This document shows, piece by piece, positions 55,001 through 64,000 of a DNA stretch of 64,000 nt. This DNA is from Balanoglossus misakiensis. Taxonomy: Eukaryota > Animalia > Hemichordata. A program made the position numbers and the translations under genes. The notes under the pieces were generated by a model that was not told the origin of the DNA, searched no databases, and worked only from the letters and a program-made list of their open reading frames with translations. The DNA is taken from the NCBI GenBank assembly GCA_040954595.2, contig CM082598.2, positions 7,889,097 to 7,953,096 on the forward strand. Direction: 5' to 3'. Position 1 is the stretch's first letter. The number at the start of each line of letters is the position of its first letter.

Positions 55001-58000
55001 TGTGAGGCAACAGCATAAGAATACTGTACTGCAAAGCAAAAGATGTTGCCTTACCCTACATCTGATTTGAATCAGATTGGGTGATCACATGACCGAGGTA
55101 ACAAGGTCATGTGCCAAATCAATCCCCATATTCGGTCTATATCTTTATTACATGCCTTGCCGACAATATATATTCATGATAACTTGTATTTACAAGTAAA
55201 AAAATAAATTATAAATGTCATTTTCGTGATATCAAGAGGGAAAACAACAATTTTATCAAAACACTAAGCTTTAAAGTGTATGAATTATTATTTAATTGAA
55301 AGTGAAGTGGATCCCTGGGTGTTTCAGTTTCTGTACCGATCAACCATCATACATGAATAATCTGGTGCAGTTTTTGGAAAATATTGCTATTTCATCATTT
55401 GCAACGTACGATGTTGTATGGATTGAATTTTAATGTGTTCAGAAATAAATTATTGTAAAAGCAAAAGTGAATCACTTTTTTTCGTTTGGTTTCATGTCGA
55501 AAACAGTTCCAGGTCATCTTGCCGGCCAGTGATGATTTTGCAGCCCGCTACGTCATGAAACGTTTGATATACGAGGCATTGTAATAAAGTTAGCATTTGA
55601 CATGTACTTGTCAGGAACTGATTCTCTACCGTTGAAAACACACTTGGCCATGATGAGGCTATAAAATCTTACCTATAATTATTCCTACTGTGGTGTAGTC
55701 CTCATGAAGGTGCTCTTTTAAGGTGTCGAAATATTTTTCTTTCATTTCTCTCATAATCAATGCGAAGAATTCTTTTCTTGGTCCTCCATAATCCTTTGCT
55801 TGCTAATGAACACAGAGAAAAATAGTGTGAAATTGTTATATAAAGACATGAAGCATATGCTCAAAACATGACAAAGTTACTCATCCTGTGACCAGTTTGA
55901 GTTTTCTGCAAATATAGAGATAGTTTGGAGCACTGCACATGCACCATCCAAGCGAACAGGAAGTAGCATTTTTCTCAGGTTACACATCCAATATAGGGTA
56001 TTTTCAGCTCTCGTACATGGCTAAATAGAGTGTCATTTTTGGTCAAGTTCATAACCAAATGCAGCCAAGATGTTCAGTCAATGTCATGGCTGCCGGCGAG
56101 CATGAAAAGTTCAGAATCCCCGAAAATTTGGGCCTAACCATTCTGCAGTCATCTCTGGTTTCTGCAATGTTACTCCAGAATATTTATGATTTCAGTTGGC
56201 TGTATTCAAATCTATTGTACAGTGTCTTTTAGAGGATCCATTTTTCCTTCATATAAATATTAAATATTCTCATTGAACAATTAGTTGACAAAATGCCAGC
56301 ATTGTATATAATGCACAATGGGGGACAATGTGGACGCTCGTTCTATGCATCACACATGGTGCTAGTAGGTGGGTAGCAGGTAGGAGGAAGTTTCGTTAGA
56401 AGAGATTAATCACATCACTTCTGGGGTCAATTTAAAATAGGTAAAATAGTTAAGGTTCAAAGACAAGTAATTGATCCTCTTAATCTAAAAATTATGTTGC
56501 TTAATAAGCTCAGAAGTCAGAACCCCATCAAAAGCCTACCACAGACATGCAATTTGCATAACCTTTAATAAATCAATTTGCCCAATGGTTTGTTTTAATG
56601 CTTTGAGGTATCACGCTCAAATTTGCGGGAAAGCAAGCTGTCACAATGCTTTTTCCAAAGTGTGTCTCATATTTTTTATATCTTGGTTATTTTAGTGTTA
56701 AATGATCTTAAAGTTTGTTAATCATAACATTTGTTTTAGAAGATTAAAAAAAATCTGAGACACACTTCAGTCAAGCATTATGACAACTTGTTACCACAAC
56801 AATTTCAGGCACATTTAGTTGTTGTTGCAATAATATGCAAATTACTTGTCATGTGACAGCTATGTAAACAATGGTGATTCAGTGGAATCAAAGATAAGCC
56901 CAAAGCTAGTTTTCTCCACTTCTATCCCTGATAAATTGATACATATATGTTGCTAAATTTCATAAATACAAGAAATCCTACATTGTACTTTCATTGAACA
57001 CATCACTCTGAAATATCCAACAAAGTTAGACTTACCTCTCCATAAAAATCAACTTCCAAAGTTGTACACAGCTCCTTCACAGATAATGTTGTTATCTCAT
57101 CAAATCCAGTTTGGAGAACTAACAACCTGTCAACAGTTATGGAAGTGGTTCTACCCTCAACATGCTGACTTGTGGACTTCAACTCTAATGGTCTGCCTGT
57201 CATTACTACTGACTGGTAAAATCGCAGAATTTCAACTGGATTTGTGACTGCATTCTCCTTGCAATATTTCACGGTTCTCTGTACAGCATCATTTACCCAT
57301 AACATGCCATCTTCAATCTCTGGTTCACTATCAATACCATCTCCAATTCCAAATATACTGCCTGAATTATCTTCATTATTCCTGGTCTGAAAGTAAACAA
57401 ATCATTGTAATGAGTTTAATGACACATGACAAATACAAAGTATTTAAACGTTCCCCTTTTCAGGTAGGCCTAAATCCTGTCATGTTCTGATTACAGTATC
57501 ATAGGTGTTAAAGCAAATACTAGTACATGAATAAATTATCCAAATATAAGGTTCAACCATATACAAGTTCTCTTGTTGGTGGGACCATAGCAGACTTATG
57601 TCACAATTACGAACACAATTGAGCATATTAATTTAAATAATAACACATGTTATAATATACACCATGCTAATACTGTGTCGTGATTTGCCAGAATCCGTCA
57701 CGTGATAGGAAAAGAGTATCAACTATGAATCCCTAGGTAAATAGCAGAAAAAATATAAACCGGTCACGTGACCAACGTGAGTGAGGTTTATTATAAAACA
57801 CCTATGGCCTGACGTCCGTGAAGTTGGCCTCATCCTCAGCTTGAAAGGTCACGCGAATATGAGGATGAGGATGAGGCCAACTTCACGAATGCTGGGCCTG
57901 GGCTATATTCGGGCCATTGCAGCCGTTTTTACCCCCTAGTGACTGTGAGTTACCATTTTTTTAAAATTATTATTATTATCATTATTTAAACGGTGTTTTC

Positions 58001-60174
58001 TCCAGGATGTTGAGAGAAGGGGGGAATGTCCCCTCTTAGTCCAAAATTATTGGGGGATTTGGTCAAAGTAGGGGGGAATCATGATTTGCATAATTTATGT
58101 TAATTAGGTAAATTTCAAGGAATAACAATTTTGAACGTTATCTTACTAACTGCCTTCATTCCAGCAACTTATGAAGTGCTGGGCTTGCCAGCGTAGGTAG
58201 TAGGTACTGTGCAATCTCGTGTGACCTGAGCTACGTAGTGATAGCGAGACAGAATTACAACATTTTACATGTTAACATGTGACATCTAAACAGTTACAGA
58301 TTTTTACTACTTTAAATTAGTAGATTTTGCAGAGGAAGACACCAGCTTGCATGACTTTCAGGGCATGTAATTTAAAAAAGGCCGGAGAGCAGAAAATAAC
58401 TCCTGAAATTAATTACACAAGTGGTAGGAGAGTGACTAACTGCTCCCCTGGCAAGGAGAGTGAAATGAATAAAATAAATGCAACTGGAAAAACAAGTGTC
58501 TTTCTTTAAAACTATACCTGGGAAAAATTTTCTTGTTTGATTTTAAAAGTTTCAGTTTTTTTAGCTGTCAAAATATTATATTGTGAAACTATTAATAGTG
58601 AAATAAATTGAAGTGGTATATTCCTTCAGATTTCTGCCTACACTTCCCCATCTGTGGCTAGGCACACTACTCAAATAAATAGTCACTGTACATATTGAAT
58701 GACTTTCCTTCCAAAGTAAGAAAACAGGTCTTGGAAAACTGATACATTCTTGATAATCGCCATGGCATGAATGCAGTTCTTTTAATTTGCATAAAATTGT
58801 TACATTCTGCCAACCCAATTTCAAATGTCTCCATAACAACAAGATCACTTGAGTGTGTGCTCTAAACTTAGACAGTGTCCAGACAGAGCTCTTTGGCTGT
58901 TCCAACAATTGCACACTATAGCCCTTGGAGCTAAATTACACGTAATTGAATGTGAAAGTCAAGACATTTACAACATAGTATTTGGGGGTGGGAAGTTAAA
59001 ATGTATAGGCCAGCACGCAGTGTTATCGGCCGTTTTCCCAGTGTTTAGACTGACAGTGCATGCTATGGAGGCATGGACGCGCATGTACTGGCCGTCTGGG
59101 CTGCTCACGAAGGGGCGATTGTCGCCCCCTGAACTTGTTACAAGGGGCGCTTCAAGTGGGGGGAATCGCGCAATCGCGCGTCCCGGAGAAAACACCAGAA
59201 TCATACCCCTCAGCAATTTCGATCCCCGTTAGAAACAGAACAAGATGATTAAAACTTACATGATCCTGTTCAGCATTTTCAGTCAGATCAACAACCATAT
59301 TGTTCGGAATTTCTTGCGGTGTATCTCGATGTTCAATAGGTCCGAGAGGAAGCTCTGGGTCTTCATCCGACTCCGATTGAAGAACTGGCAAACACCAGTC
59401 GATATGACTGCGTAATTTGTCAATCGTGAACTCTGTGTTGCAACCTCGGCACTTTTCTTTCAGACTCGTCCCATGGCTGGTTTGTTCTGTTTCTGTGACG
59501 TTCAGATTTTTTTTAATAGGGCGCAAGTATAATTTGGCTTGAGAGCCGACATGGCGCTTTAGCTCCTCGACGCTCCAAGAACATGTTACCGTTTGCAAAT
59601 TTCGGCAGTTGCCAGTGCAATGCATGATTTCGAAACCTCCGCATTCACTTAATTGTGGATATTCCGCCTTGATTTTGTTGGCAACATCTTCCTCATCATC
59701 GTGGCAGAAAAAAATCATCTTACGTTCCCCAAGTCCCGCCTTGTTAAGAACTAGCTTTTCAGCAACTGTTGGAATTCTCTGTTGAAGGCGATCAGCCACA
59801 CACAAGACACGGACTGTCCATGTCCGGGCCTTTTTGGCGGTTTTCTTACCTCGACCAACAGTACCAGACGGGGCACCAGCCCGCCCACGCCCACCATTGC
59901 CTCTGGCGGGGATAAATAACATGTCTCTTTCAGAGCGTACGGTCTCAGAGAGTCTTCCATAGTTGCTAGAAGATGCAGATGCTTGATCCATGTCTTCACG
60001 GGCGACAGCACGTGAACACTTCTTTCGCAGATCATGCCGGTGTCCCATGGTCTCTACCCCCAATCTTATGAGTTCACGATCAGTGAGCGATTCTACAGTT
60101 TCCGGGGAAATGCGTTCTTGCAAAAAATTTGGTATCAGAGTTGACAATGACATAGAACGCAAAATTTCCTCCAT
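52002..60174 (-). CDS. Transposon-encoded HECT E3 ubiquitin ligase-like protein, 659 aa, 6 exons (SAM, ubiquitin-like, UBZ finger, SIM, HECT)
   Basis: Exons 60174-59260, 57386-57036, 55802-55673, 54319-54174, 53826-53649, 52261-52002; all GT-AG with consistent phases, total 1980 nt, no internal stop. HECT motifs VDFYGEQAKDYGGPRKEFF, GIIIALSM, LKDGLSTLG, ILQFVTG, FLPTANTCINLLSLP (catalytic Cys), and C-terminal FFGNV* with the -4 Phe. Confidence 0.9.
52280..52491. mobile_element. Truncated Kolobok-type MITE (right half) in the last intron of the HECT gene
   Basis: Ends gagagagactattgtccct|TTAA; homologous to 51338-51683. Confidence 0.65.
52528..52744. mobile_element. Small palindromic MITE (CAC termini, EnSpm/CACTA-like) in a HECT intron
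   Basis: CACAGCTAAA...TTTAGTTGTG with many cagacctg/caggtctg subrepeats. Confidence 0.5.
52860..56880. repeat. Two diverged copies of a ~270-bp repeat in HECT introns (52860-53130, 56610-56880)
   Basis: Shared gctcaaatttg...gcaagctgtc...atgcaaattac...catgtga...atgtaaacaatggtga. Confidence 0.6.
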
Positions 60175-60414
60175 GATGATGATGACAGGATACAATGTCC
60201 CTGTGCGAACACGCGTGCTTGTCTTAGTGCTACAGATTTTCCCTCTCTTTTTCACCGGATGTACATTGTAAATGTATCAAATATTTTGGGAGACTGCAGG
60301 CCACAGTCTATTTATAGCTGTGAAAACAAAACTGTTCCGCCAGGGGGAGGATACCGCCCTCCCGGAACAGCTTGATCTTCTTCTAATGAAGTTAATCTTC
60401 TTCTAATGAAGTTA

Positions 60415-61520
60415 AATGCACCACACAACATGTACAAAACCACAGGACAACATATAGAAATGCACAAGACAACGTATATGAATGGACAAGACAACATATA
60501 GAAATGCACAAGACAATGTATATGAATGGACAAGACAACATATAGAAACGAACAGGACAACATGTTAAAGGCACACGACAACATATAGAAATGAACAGGA
60601 AAACATGTTAAAGGCACACCAACATATAGAAATGCACAATGTCTAGGAATGGACAAGACAACCAATATGAATGGACAAGACAACATATATGAATGGACAA
60701 GACAACATATAGAAATGAACAGGACAACATGTTAAAGGCACACGAAAACATATAGAAATGTACAAGACAATGTATATGAATGGACAAGACAACGTATATG
60801 AATGGACAAGACAACATATAGAAATGAACAGGACAACATATTAAAGTCACACGACAACATATAGAAATGCGCAAGACAGCATATAGAAATGCACAGGAAA
60901 ACATATTAAAGGCACACCACAACATATATGAATGGACAAGATAACATATAGAAATGAACAGGACAACATGTTAAAGGCACACGAAAACATATAGAAATGT
61001 ACAAGACAGTGTATATGAATGGACAAGACAACATATAGAAATGAACAGGACAACATATTAAAGGCACACCACAACATATATGAATGGACAAGACAACATA
61101 TAGAAATGCACAAGACAACGTATATGAATGGACAAGACAACATATAGAAATGCACAGGACAACATGTTAAATGTACAAGACAGCGTGTATGAATGCACAA
61201 GACAACATGTTAAATGGACAGGACAGCATACATAAATGCACAAGAAAACATGTTAAATGCACAAGACAATATGAAATGCACAAGACAACATGTTAAATGC
61301 GCAGGACCATATATGAAATGCACAAGACAACATGTTAAATGCACAGGACCATATATGAAATGCACAAGACAACATGTTAAATGCACAGGACCATATATGA
61401 AATGCACAAGAAAACATGTTAAATGCACAGGACCATATATGAAATGCACGAGAAAACATGTTAAATGCACAAGAAAACATGTTAAATGTACAAGACAACA
61501 TGTTAAATGCACAAGAGAAC
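60415..61520 (-). repeat. Right subterminal array of ~21-bp units (~52 units), inverted relative to the left array
   Basis: Reverse-complement variants: agacaacatgttaaatgcaca, agacaacatatagaaatgcaca, agacaacgtatatgaatggaca. Confidence 0.95.
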
Positions 61521-62284
61521 ATGAGTTCAGTTCACTTAAGGCAGTTATGGCTTTCCATATAATTGGCCGGGTTGTATCGTCGACGTCGAACTGTTGCTCT
61601 ACAGAATCTGCAATAATCAAATTTGCATTGTGTCGAAATTGGCTAGCACTTTCGCTGTGTTTTAGCGTATAAATCTTGTACTGCCCCTATCCCCCCGTAT
61701 TGATCAGTTTGTGGAGAGTGAAAGGCTAAGTCACAGGGGGGCCTAGTTGAGGATTTCCCTCGTACCACCATAGACGGTCAGTCTGTGTTATGTGTAACAG
61801 AATCCTGATCAGAAATTGCAAAAGCTTGTTATCAATAAACACAACTTCAATCATTTCTGTACGTTTGACACTATTCTCAAGTCTTCAAAATATGAATCAC
61901 TGTGGCAATCAAGATGTGCCGCGGACATACCTGCATGTACACAGTGTCCGTAGCTCTGCATGGCAGCTGGGGCTTTGTGTGTACGTCTGCGGTAATAAGA
62001 CACGCAGCCCCGCCAAGCAGAGCTAACAGTGCCCGTAGCACTCGACCGTAGCATCGGCAATAATGCACTGAAAATTGACATTGCAAATCGTAGAAATATA
62101 TGTGTAGGAGCAGAGTCATGCACAGTTTTACAGTCAGATACGCTAATTTATTTATTTTATTATAAAAAAAAACTTCTAAAATATCCAAGAAAGTATAGCT
62201 AAGTTTCATGATCACTGGACAAAACAAATCGCGCAGTCTACATTGTGTACACTGGGTGCCCCTGCACGATTCGTGGAAGTCGAG

Positions 62285-62622
62285 CCACGTCACGGGAAAG
62301 TGCATGGTTCACAAGAAAGTGCCACACTTTTTTATATAACTTGCTAAACTGTTCAAATTTTGCCCAGCGTTAGACTGATAACCTAACTCGCGATGTAAAA
62401 ATTGTCGGGCAACCTTAAATTTTTCTTGAGATACAGATAGGTAAACTTGAAAAATGTCACAACAAGTCACGTTCACTGGAAAATGAAGGGTTCACGAGAA
62501 AGTGCAACACTTTTATATAAAACGTCCGGAACACTTCAAATTTCACACAGCTTTAAACTGATAAATTACCTAACTTGCGGTGTGAAGATTATCATGCAAC
62601 CTCCAATATTTTTGAGATACGG
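62285..62622. repeat. Diverged tandem duplication (~180 bp x 2), likely subterminal repeats of another element
   Basis: 'cacgt(t)cac.ggaaa.tg.a.ggttcac.agaaagtgc.acactttt.atataa...tgagatac.g' occurs twice. Confidence 0.65.
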
Positions 62623-64000
62623 GCTGGTATACTTTCATTCTCGGTCGATCGTGGGAAACATGTCCACAGCCAAATCCCACCATGCTTAGTATGTCTGCCA
62701 ATATGTCTGTTTGATTCTAGTTTTATCAATAGTGTTGTCATTTCAAGGTAAATATTCTGTAATCGGACAAAATCGCACGTGTTTTCGGATGATTAGCGCA
62801 ACAACATAAATAACCTACCATTTTGAAAATAGTCACGTGACTTTTTCCTATAAACCCCCTCATAGTTGGGTAGTTGCGTTAGGGCTGCAGTTATGTAACA
62901 TTGACACAGAGGAAATGAGGGTGATAAAATCAAAGCTCCTGGTGTGTCTTCTTTACTTGTCTTGTTACTATGCGCGTAACTGTTTTGGAGCGAAGTCAAG
63001 ATTGACATGGATAACTAGTATGCAAAAGAGTTGCAAAAATGGAGAGGTCAAATAAAGATAGATCATAGCTGCATATTGCCATGACGCACATTATAGTAAA
63101 GATGGACAGCCAGTAAAGATGTAGCCACGTTGGGCTGGTGCAGCTTGTGAGATGTCTTGCACGTCTTGCGATTTTCTAGGCATGTGTTCTCGAGATAATA
63201 TATCCTTCGAAAAACTTAGTTAAAGTAACTTGTGCTCAAGTGATAATGGCCACAAGATATTACATTTGAACTAACTGTGTCATTTTAATTTAAGATAGGG
63301 AATGACGCAGGGGTTACTTTTTCAAAAAATCCGGCTCATGAAATAGATTCTCTAAACTCACAACCAGTTTGACTCCCCTGTTTTCTGAATTTGTTCAAAC
63401 CAGCCACATTCACAGTGCCCATCACATTTGATCTTGTGATGTGACCAACATCTTTTCCAAGTTAAATATGGCAACAGACTACACTGATCTACAAATATCA
63501 GAGGTCGCTACTGCTAAGGGAGATTACAAGTTGGTCATAATATACATCAGGGTCACAAACACTTAGCTTATATAATAGTTCAATTGATTTAGTATAAATC
63601 TCAACATTGTCCAATGTTTTTGATACAGTTGACATTTTAATTTCCAGCTATTTCAATTATTCATATCAAGAGCCACTGCCTCTTTAATTGATATACATGT
63701 ACATTATTTCATATCTTTGCCAATCACACTTGGATGAATATACTGATTTACATGTCAAAATGTTGAAAATTCAATTTCACGAAATCAGAAGGGGTTATCT
63801 GTTGCTCCTTAGGAAATGTGTTGATGGTGTTATTTCTTCACACACTGGGCCCTTCGAACATTCAAAATGCTGACCGAGGAAACATTTGTCTTGTTAACAG
63901 AATAACAATTTACGCATTTCACATTATCGAATACAGTTGACCATGCAAGTTTCCATTTATTTATTTATTACAAAACAATGAGATAGAACACAATATACAT

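Larger units (their letters stand above)
47792..61559. mobile_element. IS3EU-type DNA transposon, full length (13,768 bp), two convergent genes
   Basis: Termini TATGGAAAGCCATAACTGCC...GGCAGTTATGGCTTTCCATA (50-bp perfect TIR); 6-bp TSD TAATTG (47786-91, 61560-65); IS3/integrase-like transposase. Confidence 0.92.

Noticed and set aside
61790-62305. Short GC-richer ORFs right of the IS3EU element
   Set aside because: No recognisable domain or convincing exon structure.

Overview
AT-rich, intron-containing animal (probably invertebrate) genomic DNA dominated by transposons. (1) A decayed, 5'-truncated MED25 (Mediator subunit 25) pseudogene runs on the minus strand from ~35.2 kb to ~4.1 kb, with VWA and ACID/PTOV exons still recognisable. 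Its introns hold a decayed Harbinger element, a 14 x 122-bp minisatellite built from one of its own intron/exon junctions, a 4.7-kb palindromic Academ-like foldback, and a nested stack of MITEs, an LTR and a ~1,220-codon DDE transposase pseudogene. (2) A palindromic TTAA-flanked Kolobok-type MITE lies at 45.6-46.7 kb. (3) The highlight is a complete 13.8-kb IS3EU-type DNA transposon (47792-61559) with TATGG termini, a 6-bp TSD (TAATTG) and >1-kb inverted arrays of 21-bp units. It carries two convergent, apparently intact genes: a SAM-HTH-DDE transposase, and a 6-exon, 659-aa protein reading SAM / ubiquitin-like / UBZ zinc finger / SIM / HECT E3 ligase. The HECT keeps its catalytic Cys but appears to lack the E2-binding subdomain. 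All family and domain calls come from reading motifs by eye; no database searches were run, so novelty is unverified.
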